A DNA stretch of 64,000 nucleotides, from positions 456,212 through 520,211 of the forward strand of contig CALMJK010000005.1 in assembly GCA_937864225.1 (NCBI GenBank). The letters are read 5' to 3'. The DNA is from an uncultured bacterium (lineage in GTDB: Bacteria > Krumholzibacteriota > Krumholzibacteriia > LZORAL124-64-63). Below the pieces are notes generated by a model that searched no databases, had not been told where the DNA came from, and saw only the letters and a program-made list of their open reading frames with translations. The translations under genes and the position numbers were made by a program. Shown here piece by piece: positions 35,468 to 44,647 of the stretch; the stretch's first letter is position 1, and each line of letters opens with the position of its first letter.

Positions 35468-38400
35468 ATGGTGCCCGAAACGGGAGCGAGACTCGGCAGC
35501 GGAGTGGGACCGTTGGTGGCGGCGGTCGACGTCGGGGTTCATCAACTGCTCCTGATCGGCTTGGCGCTTGGGCTGGCCTTCATAGGACGCCGGACGCGGA
35601 CACGCGCGGGACGGCCAGCGCACGGCCGGCTGTTCGCGGCCGGCGTTTTCCTGGCCGCGCTCGCCGCCGTCCGTCTGCTGGCCGCGCTGGCGACGTGGGG
35701 GACGGCTCCCGCGGCGGCGCTCTCCCTCGCCGCCCTGGAACTGGGCGGAGCGCTTTGGCTGCTCGACGCGTGGCGGCGTCTGCGCGCCGACGGCGCGCTG
35801 GGCGGCGGTTGGTTGGCTGGCGCAGGCGCGCTGGCGGCCGTCGCGGCCGGTGCCGCCATCGCGGCCGTGGCTGCCGGAGGCGGCGGCTCCGGCGCGGCCC
35901 TGGCGAGCGCTTGCCGCGCCCTGGCGCAGGGGCTGTTCCTCGCGGCTCCCCTGTTCTGGTGCGCCCGGCTGTGGGCGCGCGAGCAGCGCGAAGACAGCAC
36001 GGCCTGCCGAGACTTGCTCGAGGCGGCCAGAAAAGAACGGGACTTGGCGGCCCGGCAACGCGACGAGGCCCGCCGCGCGGCCGAGGACGTCGAACACACG
36101 CTGGAGGGCCAGCGGGAACAGGCGAAGCTGCTGGCTCGCCGGGCTTCCACCGTCGAGCGCATTCTGCAGCTCTCGGCGCAGATCAACGCCACGAGATCGC
36201 TCAACGCCGTGCTCCAGCAGGTGGCCGAGGCCGTGCGGGAATCGCTCGGCTTCCGCGTGGTGCTGGTGCGGATCTGGTCCCCCTCGGCGCAGGTTTTCGA
36301 GGCGCGGGCGTTCGCCGGCATATCCGAGGAGGGGAAGGCGCACCTCACGGCGCGACAGGTGGTCATGGACGAATATCGCACCATGACCCAACCGCGCTTT
36401 CGCAGATCGCAGAGCTACTTCATCAGCCATATGGACAAGGATTGGGAGGAGGCCACCGCTGGGGGCTGGACCACGAGTCTGGGACAGCGCGCGGACGACG
36501 AGTGGCACGAGGACGACATGCTGATCGTGCCGCTCCTGTCCGCGGGCGACGAGGTGCGGGGCTATCTGAGCGTGGACGATCCGGTCGACCGGCGGCTGCC
36601 GTCGCTGGAGGTCATTCGCCAGCTCGAGATCTTCGCCAGCCAGGCCACGACCGCCATCGAATCGGCGGAATTGTACGACCGGCTGGCCCGCAACAATCTC
36701 GAGCTCTCGCGCGCTTCGCAGCAGCTGCAGAATCTGAACGAGCTCAAGAGCAATTTCGTGGCGAACGTCAGCCACGAGCTGCGCACGCCGCTCACCTCCA
36801 TCAAGGCCTACACCGAGACGCTCTGTCACAACCACGCCGCCATGCCCGAGGAAACGAGGCGCGAGTTTCTGGAGGTCATTCACGCCGAGAGCGAGAAGAT
36901 CACCGCCATCATGAACGACATCCTCGACCTGGCGCGGGGCGATGACCCGTCCAGGCGCGCCCGCCGCACGGACAGCGATCTGTGCCAATTGATTCGCGGC
37001 GCCGTCGCGAACATCGAGGCCGCGCGGGCGGAGAAGAGCCTGGAGCTGCGACTCGATCTGCCGCCCGAAAGCGTGCGCCTGAGCGTCGATCCGAAGCAGC
37101 TGGAACAGGTCGTCGAGCACCTGCTCAACAACGCCATAAAGTTCACGTCCTCGGGCGGGAGCATTCGCGTCGCCTTGCAGGACGGCATGACCGCCGTGCG
37201 GCTCGTGGTCGAGGATAGCGGCATCGGCATCCCGGAGAACGAGCTCGAGCAGATTTTCGATCGCTTCTATCAAGTGGACGGCTCCTCCACGCGCGAGCAT
37301 GGCGGACAAGGCGTCGGACTCGCCATCTGCCGCGACATCGTGCTCTGGCACGAGGGTCGGATCTGGGCCGAGAATCTGCAGCCGCGAGGCGCGCGACTGG
37401 TCGTCTCCTTGCCCCGCTCCGGCGAGGTCGTGCACCGGGGGGTCGCGAAGGAGTCCTTGCCGAGCTACAACGATCCGCAAGAATTCATGGAAAAGCTCAT
37501 GCACTGGATCGGCGAGACGGTCGGCGTGCGCAACATCTCCTTGATGGTCCCGGACGAAAGCGGGGAAAACCTTGTGATCGAGGCCGCCGTGGGCCTGTCC
37601 GAGAGCGTGGTGCAGAGCACCCGGCTCCGTCGCGGCGAAGGGATCGCGGGCAAGGTGTGGGTCAGCGGTCGCGCCTTGCTGGTCGGCGACGTGGTGGCCG
37701 ATGGCCGCTTCGGCAAGCGGGTGAACGCCCCCCAGTACTCCACGCCCTCCCTGCTGAGCGTGCCGGTGATCGACGGCATCGAATGCCACGCCGTGCTCAA
37801 CGTGAACAACCGTATCGACGGCAAGCCGTTCTCGGCGGACGAGCGGCTGTTGATCGAGGCTTTGGCGCCGCGAATCGCGTACCTCCTGCGTCGGCGCGCG
37901 GCGTGGCAGGCGCAAGCGCGCGAACTCGGCGCGTTGCGCGACACGATGCGCGCGGCGGTCGCCGTCCGTCGGGAGCGCCATGACAGCTGGACGGACCTGG
38001 TGCAGGAGATCTGCATGGCCACGGCCCGCCGGATCAAGCTGCCTCAGGAGGATCTCGAGGCCCTCTCGCTGGCGTTGCAGGTATACGACCTGGGTCTGGT
38101 GCGGTTGAGCGAGTCGCTGCTGCGCAAGGCGGCGCCGCTCACGGACGAGGAAAAGGAACTGATCCGGCACCACGTGCATCACACGCTCGATCTGCTCTCT
38201 CCGCTCGACGTGCCGTCGAAGGTGCGCCAGCTCATCCTGCACCACCATGAACGCTTCGACGGCGGCGGCTACCCCGACGGCCTGGCGGGCGAGGCGATCC
38301 CGGTCGGCGCCCGTCTGCTGGCCTTGTCCGACGCCCTCAACGCCATCCTGCAGGGAAGGGCTTGGCGTCCGGCGTGCCGGCTGGAGCAGGCGCTGGTCGA

Positions 38401-38596
38401 GATCGAGAAACACGTCGGTGCCCAGTTCTGCCCCCGGCTGGCCGCGGCCTTCCTGGCCGAGGCCGGCGCGAGCGCCCGGGCGCTGTGCGCGGCGGATGAG
38501 CGCGTGCCGGACGCCGCCGTTTCGCCCTTGCCGGAAACGCCTCCGCCAGCGGGTGAAGCCGTGCCGGTCTCAAGCGGCGTGGGCTGCGGCCGATAA
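35468..38596 (+). CDS. Paralogous hybrid sensor: multi-TM / GAF / HisKA / HATPase_c / GAF / HD-GYP-like with degenerate first metal motif (YDLG instead of HDxG) but intact HHHERFDGGGYP
   Basis: H-box VSHELRTPLTSI; N/G boxes LLNNAIKFT…DSGIGIP…GQGVGLAI; two GAF regions; C-terminal LQVYDLGL…HHVHH…HHHERFDGGGYP. Confidence 0.85.
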   Translation: MVPETGARLGSGVGPLVAAVDVGVHQLLLIGLALGLAFIGRRTRTRAGRPAHGRLFAAGVFLAALAAVRLLAALATWGTAPAAALSLAALELGGALWLLDAWRRLRADGALGGGWLAGAGALAAVAAGAAIAAVAAGGGGSGAALASACRALAQGLFLAAPLFWCARLWAREQREDSTACRDLLEAARKERDLAARQRDEARRAAEDVEHTLEGQREQAKLLARRASTVERILQLSAQINATRSLNAVLQQVAEAVRESLGFRVVLVRIWSPSAQVFEARAFAGISEEGKAHLTARQVVMDEYRTMTQPRFRRSQSYFISHMDKDWEEATAGGWTTSLGQRADDEWHEDDMLIVPLLSAGDEVRGYLSVDDPVDRRLPSLEVIRQLEIFASQATTAIESAELYDRLARNNLELSRASQQLQNLNELKSNFVANVSHELRTPLTSIKAYTETLCHNHAAMPEETRREFLEVIHAESEKITAIMNDILDLARGDDPSRRARRTDSDLCQLIRGAVANIEAARAEKSLELRLDLPPESVRLSVDPKQLEQVVEHLLNNAIKFTSSGGSIRVALQDGMTAVRLVVEDSGIGIPENELEQIFDRFYQVDGSSTREHGGQGVGLAICRDIVLWHEGRIWAENLQPRGARLVVSLPRSGEVVHRGVAKESLPSYNDPQEFMEKLMHWIGETVGVRNISLMVPDESGENLVIEAAVGLSESVVQSTRLRRGEGIAGKVWVSGRALLVGDVVADGRFGKRVNAPQYSTPSLLSVPVIDGIECHAVLNVNNRIDGKPFSADERLLIEALAPRIAYLLRRRAAWQAQARELGALRDTMRAAVAVRRERHDSWTDLVQEICMATARRIKLPQEDLEALSLALQVYDLGLVRLSESLLRKAAPLTDEEKELIRHHVHHTLDLLSPLDVPSKVRQLILHHHERFDGGGYPDGLAGEAIPVGARLLALSDALNAILQGRAWRPACRLEQALVEIEKHVGAQFCPRLAAAFLAEAGASARALCAADERVPDAAVSPLPETPPPAGEAVPVSSGVGCGR

Positions 38597-38653
38597 TTTC
38601 CGCAGGATAGGTCGCGAGGCCGGCGCGGGTGCCCGGCCAAGGGAGGTCGCGCG

Positions 38654-39028
38654 TTGCGCAAGATCCTGGTCTGCGACGACGAGTCCAGCATCCTGAACAT
38701 CCTCGACTTCAGCCTCAGCGCCGAGGGCTACCGGGTGATCCAGGCCGCGGACGGCGACGCCGCCCTGGCGCTGGCGAGCGCGGAGCAGCCGGATCTGATC
38801 ATTCTCGACGTCATGATGCCCAAGCGCAGCGGCTTCGAGGTCTGCCGCCTGCTGAAGGCGCAGCGGGTCACCGCGGACATACCGGTGATCCTGCTCACCG
38901 CGCGCGGCAGCCGCGACGACCGCGAGCTGGGGCGCGAAGCCGGCGCCGATATCCACATGACCAAGCCCTTCAGCCCGCAGCGCCTGCTCGACAAGGTGCA
39001 CCTGCTGCTCGGCGTGCGGCACGGCTGA
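38654..39028 (+). CDS. Single-domain response regulator (CheY-like)
   Basis: TTG start after AAGGGAGG RBS; LVCDDE…LIILDVMMPKRSG…LTARGS…MTKPF. Confidence 0.85.
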   Translation: MRKILVCDDESSILNILDFSLSAEGYRVIQAADGDAALALASAEQPDLIILDVMMPKRSGFEVCRLLKAQRVTADIPVILLTARGSRDDRELGREAGADIHMTKPFSPQRLLDKVHLLLGVRHG

Positions 39029-39030
39029 GC

Positions 39031-39070
39031 CCGTGCCGGCGCTCCCGCGTCGCGACGCCCGCCGGCACGG
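39031..39070 (+). terminator. 11-bp GC stem-loop (CCGTGCCGGCG…CGCCGGCACGG) immediately after RR stop; no U-tract
   Basis: Inverted repeat read directly. Confidence 0.4.
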
Positions 39071-39145
39071 CCGGCGGGCGTTGCCGTTTCGCGGCCCGCG
39101 CGCTACCATCCGCCGGCGCCGCGCCGGCGCGGAAAGGCGGGCCAG

Positions 39146-41188
39146 GTGCCTCGTCCCGATTCGCTCGCGGCGGGTCCGGGCACCTTGCTGGTCGAGGTGG
39201 CCGTCCCGGTTCCGCTCGATCAATTTTTCACGTACAGGTGGACCCCCGGCGGCGCGGACGAGAGTCCGCCCGCGCGCGGAGATCTCGTCGTGGCGCCGTT
39301 CGGGCGGCGCCGTCGCGTGATCGGCCTCGTGGTCGCGGTCCGCCCGGCGGGCGAGACCGAGGTGACCGTCGGCGGCCACGACATTCGTCCCCTCGAGCGC
39401 GTGCTGCCGCCGGCCTATCGGCTGGCGAGCGATCGTCTGCGGCTGGCGGAGTGGCTGGCCGCCTACTACGCGCTGCCGCTCGGCGAGGTCGTGCCGCTGT
39501 TCCACCCCCCGGATCCCGGCACCCGCCGGCGCGCCAGCCGCGCGCCCACTCCGGCTTACCCGCTTCAGGACGGGACCGCCGAGATCGTGCTGTCGGCCGC
39601 GCAGCAAGCGGCCACCAGCGCCGCCTTGCAGCAACTCGACGACGGACACTTCGGCGTGGTGATGCTGCACGGCATCACGGGCAGCGGCAAGACCGAGGTC
39701 TACCTGCAGGTCATCGGCGAAGCGCTCGCCCGGGGCCGCGGCGCGCTGTTTCTATTGCCGGAGATCGCGCTCACCCCGCAGACCTTGGCGCGCATCGTGG
39801 CGCGCTTTGGGCCGGTGGCCGCGACCGTGCACAGCGGTTTGTCGTCCGGCGAACGTTGCCGCGTGCACGAGGCGGCGGCGGCCGGCGAAGTGCGCCTCGT
39901 CGTGGGCCCGCGGTCGGCGCTCTTCGCGCCGGTGCGGGATTTGGGCGTGATCGTCGTCGACGAAGAGCACGAGACCTCCTACAAGCAGGAGGAGAAGCCG
40001 CGTTACCACGCGCGCCACGCGGCGCTGGCGAGGGGGCGGGAAGCCGGGGCGGTCGTGCTGTTGGGATCGGCCACGCCCGATCTGGAGAGCTGGGACAACG
40101 GCCGGCGCGGCGCGTATCGTCTGTTCACCCTCACCGACCGTCCCGTCGGGGTGCTGCCGGACGTCGAGGTCGTGGACCTGCGGGGGGAACAGGCGCCGGA
40201 CGGTTTTTCGCCGCGCCTGACGGAGGCGCTCGCGGCGGAGCTGAACGAAGGGCGTCAGGCCATCCTCTACTACAACCGCCGCGGCTTCGCGCGCTCGCTG
40301 CAGTGCGCCGCCTGCGGGCGGGCCGATGCCTGCCCGAGTTGCGACATCGGTCTGGTCTACCACCTGCGCCCGCGCCGACTGCTGTGCCATTACTGCGGCT
40401 TCTCGCGCGCCGCGCCCGTGGCGTGCTCCCACTGCGGCGGCCGGGATTTCTTGCCGGCGGGCGGGGGAACGGAGCGCCTCGAACTGAGCCTGCAGGCGAC
40501 GTTTCCGGGCGTGAAGGTGCTGAGACTCGATCAGGACACGACCCGCCGCCGCGGCAGCCACGCCCGGATCCTGGGCGCCTTCGCTGGCGCGCGGGCGCAG
40601 ATCCTGGTCGGGACCCAGATGGTGGCCAAGGGGCACCATTTCCCCGGCGTCGGCCTGGTGGGCGTGCTGGCGGCCGACGACGGGCTCACCTTGCCCGATT
40701 ATCGCGCGGACGAGCGTGCTTTCCAGCTGTTGACGCAGGTCGCCGGTCGCACCGGCAGGGTGCGACCGGGCCTGGTGATCTTCCAGTCGTGGCAGCCAGA
40801 TCACCCGATCGTGCGGTTGGCGGCGCACCACGACTACGCCGGGTTCGCCGAAGCGGAATTGGCCAACCGACGGGCGCTCGGGTATCCCCCGGCGCGACGG
40901 CTGCTGCGCATCGCGGTCGCGTCGCGGCGCGCGGCGGCGGCGCAGCAAGGCGTGGACGAACTCGCGGGTGTGCTGCGCGAGGGATTGACTGGCGGCGACC
41001 GGGAAGTGCTCGGGCCGGCGCCCGGCGTGTTCGCACGCCTGCAGGATCGCCACCGCTGGCAGGTGCTGATCAAGGGCACGCTCGGGAGCGCGCAGAAGCG
41101 CTGGCTGGCCGCTTGCGCGAAGGCCACCGAGGCGCGGGTCGGCGGCGTGGAAGTGCTGATCGACGTGGACCCCGTGGGTCTGTACTGA
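39146..41188 (+). CDS. priA: Primosomal protein N' (replication restart helicase)
   Basis: Walker A GITGSGKT, DEEH, Cys4 Zn-finger CAACGRADACPSCD…CHYCG…CSHCGG, helicase C motifs. Confidence 0.9.
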   Translation: MPRPDSLAAGPGTLLVEVAVPVPLDQFFTYRWTPGGADESPPARGDLVVAPFGRRRRVIGLVVAVRPAGETEVTVGGHDIRPLERVLPPAYRLASDRLRLAEWLAAYYALPLGEVVPLFHPPDPGTRRRASRAPTPAYPLQDGTAEIVLSAAQQAATSAALQQLDDGHFGVVMLHGITGSGKTEVYLQVIGEALARGRGALFLLPEIALTPQTLARIVARFGPVAATVHSGLSSGERCRVHEAAAAGEVRLVVGPRSALFAPVRDLGVIVVDEEHETSYKQEEKPRYHARHAALARGREAGAVVLLGSATPDLESWDNGRRGAYRLFTLTDRPVGVLPDVEVVDLRGEQAPDGFSPRLTEALAAELNEGRQAILYYNRRGFARSLQCAACGRADACPSCDIGLVYHLRPRRLLCHYCGFSRAAPVACSHCGGRDFLPAGGGTERLELSLQATFPGVKVLRLDQDTTRRRGSHARILGAFAGARAQILVGTQMVAKGHHFPGVGLVGVLAADDGLTLPDYRADERAFQLLTQVAGRTGRVRPGLVIFQSWQPDHPIVRLAAHHDYAGFAEAELANRRALGYPPARRLLRIAVASRRAAAAQQGVDELAGVLREGLTGGDREVLGPAPGVFARLQDRHRWQVLIKGTLGSAQKRWLAACAKATEARVGGVEVLIDVDPVGLY

Positions 41189-41190
41189 GC

Positions 41191-41209
41191 CGGACGCAGA
41201 TTTCGTCCG
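41191..41209. terminator. Short bidirectional hairpin (CGGACG-N7-CGTCCG) between convergent priA and aroB
   Basis: Inverted repeat in the 26-nt convergent spacer. Confidence 0.35.
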
Positions 41210-41214
41210 CGCGC

Positions 41215-42345
41215 TCAGTCGCGCATGGCCTCGCGCAGCTCGGCGAGATCCACGCTCTCGTCCAGCCGGACGGCGCCGATGCCGGCCGGCAAGACCCAGC
41301 GCACCCGTCCGCCCAGCCGTTTCTTGTCGCCCGCGATCAGCCGCGCCAAGCGCGCGCGGGGCGGCAGCGCGGCGACGACCGGCAGGCCGCAGGCGCGCAG
41401 CAGGGCGTGGATCCGGCCCGCGTCAACGGCCGGGCAGAGGCCGCGGCGGGCGGCCAGCGCCGCCGCGGTCGCCATGCCGATCGCCACGGCTTCCCCGTGG
41501 GACCAGCCGCCCGCGCTCTCGATCGCGTGCCCGAGCGTGTGCCCCAGGTTCAGGGCGCGTCGCGGTCCCTGTTCGCGGAAATCGCGGCTTACGATCGCCG
41601 CCTTCACGCGCGCGGCGCGGGCGATCCAGGCGGGCCAAGGCAGGGCAAGGGCCGCGGATCCGACCCGATCCTCGCGGCCGCGACGTGGGCCGGCGAAGGC
41701 GCGCGCCAGCGAGGGGGCGTGCCGTTCGAGGTCGCGGAACAGACCGGGCGAGCCGATCACCGCTGCCTTGACCGCTTCGGCCAGCCCGCAGCGCCACTGG
41801 CGACGCGGCAGGGTCGCCAGGAAGCGGGGATCCGCGAGCACGTCCGACGCCGGATGGAAGGCGCCCACGCCGTTCTTGAGCATCCCGACATCGATGGCTG
41901 TCTTGCCGCCGATCGCGGCGTCGACCATGCCCAGCAGGGTCGTGGGCAGTGCCACGAAGCGGACTCCGCGCTGCCAGGTCGCGGCCGCCAGTCCAGCCAG
42001 GTCGAGCACGGCGCCGCCGCCGACGGCGACCAGCGTGCCGTCGCGCGGCAGCTGTCGCGCCGCCAGCCAACGCCAGACCTGCGCCAGGCGCGCCGCGCGC
42101 TTGGCCGCCTCGCCGCCGGGCACGAGCAACAGGGGCAGGGACGAGCCGTCGGCGGCGCGCAGGACGCGCCGCAGCGCCGGGGCGTGCGCCCGCCAGACGC
42201 CGCGATCCACGAGGGCGACGGCCGGCCCCGCGCCCAGGCGCGCGGGCAGTCCGTCGCGCGCGCCGGGGCTGAGCCAGTAGTCGCTTGTCCGCTCCGCCAG
42301 GCGGATGCGCAGCAGACGCTCGGGGGGGGGCTGCCGGTGTGTCAT
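41215..42345 (-). CDS. aroB: 3-dehydroquinate synthase
   Basis: …GGGAVLDLAG…LPTTLLGMVDAAIGGKTAID…NLGHTLGHAIE…; start taken at internal ATG (MTHRQ) 42345 rather than track 42549. Confidence 0.85.
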   Translation of the reverse strand: MTHRQPPPERLLRIRLAERTSDYWLSPGARDGLPARLGAGPAVALVDRGVWRAHAPALRRVLRAADGSSLPLLLVPGGEAAKRAARLAQVWRWLAARQLPRDGTLVAVGGGAVLDLAGLAAATWQRGVRFVALPTTLLGMVDAAIGGKTAIDVGMLKNGVGAFHPASDVLADPRFLATLPRRQWRCGLAEAVKAAVIGSPGLFRDLERHAPSLARAFAGPRRGREDRVGSAALALPWPAWIARAARVKAAIVSRDFREQGPRRALNLGHTLGHAIESAGGWSHGEAVAIGMATAAALAARRGLCPAVDAGRIHALLRACGLPVVAALPPRARLARLIAGDKKRLGGRVRWVLPAGIGAVRLDESVDLAELREAMRD

Positions 42346-42538
42346 GAAACCTCCCGCGCCGCGCGGCGTGACGCCGCCGGGCCGACTCAGGCTAAGGCCG
42401 GAAGAAGCGGCCGGCAACGAAGATCCCGCGCGCGGCGCGCCCGCGCGCGAGCCGGTTTTTCTTTGGTTTTGGTCAGCGCGGGGGCTACTTTTGGCGCGTG
42501 GCCGGGGCGCGTCGCGCCCGGCGCAAGGAGCGTGATCC

Positions 42539-43120
42539 ATGGCAGGCAAGATGGTCGAAATCCGCTGGCACGGACGCGGCGGGCAGGGCGCGAAGACCGC
42601 CGCGATCTTTCTCGCGGAGGCGGTCCTGGACCGCGGTAAGTACAGCCAGGGCTTCCCGGAGTACGGTCCGGAGCGCCGGGGAGCGCCGATGCGCGGCTAC
42701 ACGCGCATCGCCGACGAGCCGATCCGCCGTCACTGCGGCATCGAGAGCCCGGACATCGTCATCATTCTGGACCCGACACTGCTCGAATCGGCCGCGGCCG
42801 GCGTGACCGCGGGTTCGCGGGACGATACGGTCTACCTCGTGAACACCGCCGAACAACCGGCGAACATCCGCCGGCGCCTCGGCTTGGCGAACGGGAAGGT
42901 CTTCACGGTCGACGCGACGCAGATCGCGCTCGACTGCTTCGGCCGCTCCATTCCCAACATGCCGATGGTCGGCGCGCTTTTGGCGGCCACGCAGCTGCTG
43001 CCGCTGGACGACATGAAGAGTTCTCTTTCCGAGCGATTCAAGAGCAAGTTCTCCCAGGCCGTCATCGACGGGAATCTCGCCGCCGTGGAGCGCGCCTACA
43101 AGGAGATGGTGCGGGAATGA
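42539..43120 (+). CDS. porG: 2-oxoacid:ferredoxin oxidoreductase gamma subunit
   Basis: MVEIRWHGRGGQGAKTAA…; AAGGAG RBS; first of a gamma-delta-alpha-beta array. Confidence 0.85.
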   Translation: MAGKMVEIRWHGRGGQGAKTAAIFLAEAVLDRGKYSQGFPEYGPERRGAPMRGYTRIADEPIRRHCGIESPDIVIILDPTLLESAAAGVTAGSRDDTVYLVNTAEQPANIRRRLGLANGKVFTVDATQIALDCFGRSIPNMPMVGALLAATQLLPLDDMKSSLSERFKSKFSQAVIDGNLAAVERAYKEMVRE

Positions 43121-43425
43121 CCCTCAAGCGCGCGCACGAGCTGCCCGCGGGCGGCATCATCGTCGAGGCGGGCAACGCCGACGCCTACAACACGGGCGAC
43201 TGGCGCACCTTCAAGCCGGAGTTCGTGGCGGAGAACTGCATCCACTGCATGTTCTGCTGGATCTACTGTCCGGACACGGCCGTGAACATCGACACGACCG
43301 CAGAGAAGAGCCGCATGATCGGCTTCGACTACGACCATTGCAAGGGTTGCGGCATCTGCGCCCAGCACTGTCCGCCGGCGGCCAAGGGCAAGGCGGCCAT
43401 CGTCATGGTTCGCGACGAGAAATAG
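43117..43425 (+). CDS. porD: 2-oxoacid:ferredoxin oxidoreductase delta subunit (2x[4Fe-4S] ferredoxin)
   Basis: CIHCMFCWIYCP and CKGCGICAQHCP cluster motifs; ATGA overlap with porG. Confidence 0.85.
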   Translation: MTLKRAHELPAGGIIVEAGNADAYNTGDWRTFKPEFVAENCIHCMFCWIYCPDTAVNIDTTAEKSRMIGFDYDHCKGCGICAQHCPPAAKGKAAIVMVRDEK

Positions 43426-43447
43426 CGGCGGAAAGGAAGGGATCGGG

Positions 43448-44632
43448 ATGGCCAAGCAGGAGCAAGTTTCGCTGACCGGCAACGAGGCCGTGGCATACGC
43501 CTTCAAACAGGCGCGGCCGCACGTCGCGTCGGCTTTTCCCATCACTCCGCAGACGGAGATGATGCACAAGTTCGCCGACTTCGTCGCCAACGGCGAGGTC
43601 GACACCGAGATGATCCTGGTCGAGAGCGAACACTCCGCGATGTCCGCCGCCGTCGGCGCCGCCGCGGCGGGCGCGCGCGTCATTACCGCGACGAGTTCGG
43701 CCGGCTTCGCCCTCATGTGGGAGATCGTGTACGTCGCGGCTTCGTTGCGGCTGCCGATCTGCATGGCGCTGGTCAACCGCGCCCTCTCGGGCAACATCAA
43801 CATCCATTGCGATCACAGCGACGCCATGGGAGGCCGTGACGCCGGATGGATCCACCTCTTTTGCGAGAGCGCGCAGGAGGCGTACGACAACGCCCTCATG
43901 GCGTTCCGCATCGGCGAGCATCCTGATGTGCGGCTGCCGGTCATGATCAACTACGACGGTTTCATCATCAGCCACACCGCCGATTCGCTGCGCATGCTGT
44001 CCGCGGACGACGCCTGGAAGTTCGTGGGGCCCTACAAGGCGGCCTACTCCGTGCTGGACACGGAAAATCCGATCACGGTCGGCCCGCTGGATCTGACCGA
44101 CTACTATTTCGAGCACAAGGTCGGCGAGATCGAGGCGCACAAGCGCGCCTTCGACGTCGTGCGGGCGGTCAGCGCGCAGTACGGCGCGCTGAGCGGGCGC
44201 GGCTACGACTTCTTCGAATCCTACCGTCTCGACGACGCGGAGATCGCGATCGTGTTGATGGGCTCCACGGCCGGCACGGCCAAGGACGTGGTGGACGCGC
44301 ATCGCGAGAAGGGCGTCAAGGCGGGGCTGCTCAAACTGCGTCTGTTCCGCCCCTTCCCGGCGGCGGAGCTCGCCAAGGCGCTCGCCGGCAAGAAGGCGGT
44401 CGGGGTCATGGACCGCGCGGCCTCCTTCGGCGCGTGGGGCGGACCGTTGTTCACAGAGGTCCGCTCGGCGCTGTACGGCGCCGACCGACAGCCGCCGGTC
44501 CTGAATTGGATTTACGGACTCGGCGGCCGCGATTGCGACCTGCGGCAGATCGATTCCGTGCTCGAGCGGCTGGCCGACGCGGCCCGCGGCAAGTCGGGCG
44601 AAACCGTGAACCTGCTGGGCGTCCGGCTGTAA
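43448..44632 (+). CDS. porA: 2-oxoacid:ferredoxin oxidoreductase alpha subunit
   Basis: Size/composition and position; typical N-terminal …LTGNEAVAYA…FPITPQTE. Confidence 0.9.
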   Translation: MAKQEQVSLTGNEAVAYAFKQARPHVASAFPITPQTEMMHKFADFVANGEVDTEMILVESEHSAMSAAVGAAAAGARVITATSSAGFALMWEIVYVAASLRLPICMALVNRALSGNINIHCDHSDAMGGRDAGWIHLFCESAQEAYDNALMAFRIGEHPDVRLPVMINYDGFIISHTADSLRMLSADDAWKFVGPYKAAYSVLDTENPITVGPLDLTDYYFEHKVGEIEAHKRAFDVVRAVSAQYGALSGRGYDFFESYRLDDAEIAIVLMGSTAGTAKDVVDAHREKGVKAGLLKLRLFRPFPAAELAKALAGKKAVGVMDRAASFGAWGGPLFTEVRSALYGADRQPPVLNWIYGLGGRDCDLRQIDSVLERLADAARGKSGETVNLLGVRL

Positions 44633-44647
44633 AGGGAGGGCGGAAAG

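Noticed and set aside
30030-38413. Minus-strand ORFs of 850, 702 and 987 aa (30030..32582, 32881..34989, 35450..38413)
   Set aside because: Antisense to tsaD/RR-GGDEF and the two HK–HD-GYP genes, whose sense frames contain unambiguous kinase/GAF/HD-GYP motifs.
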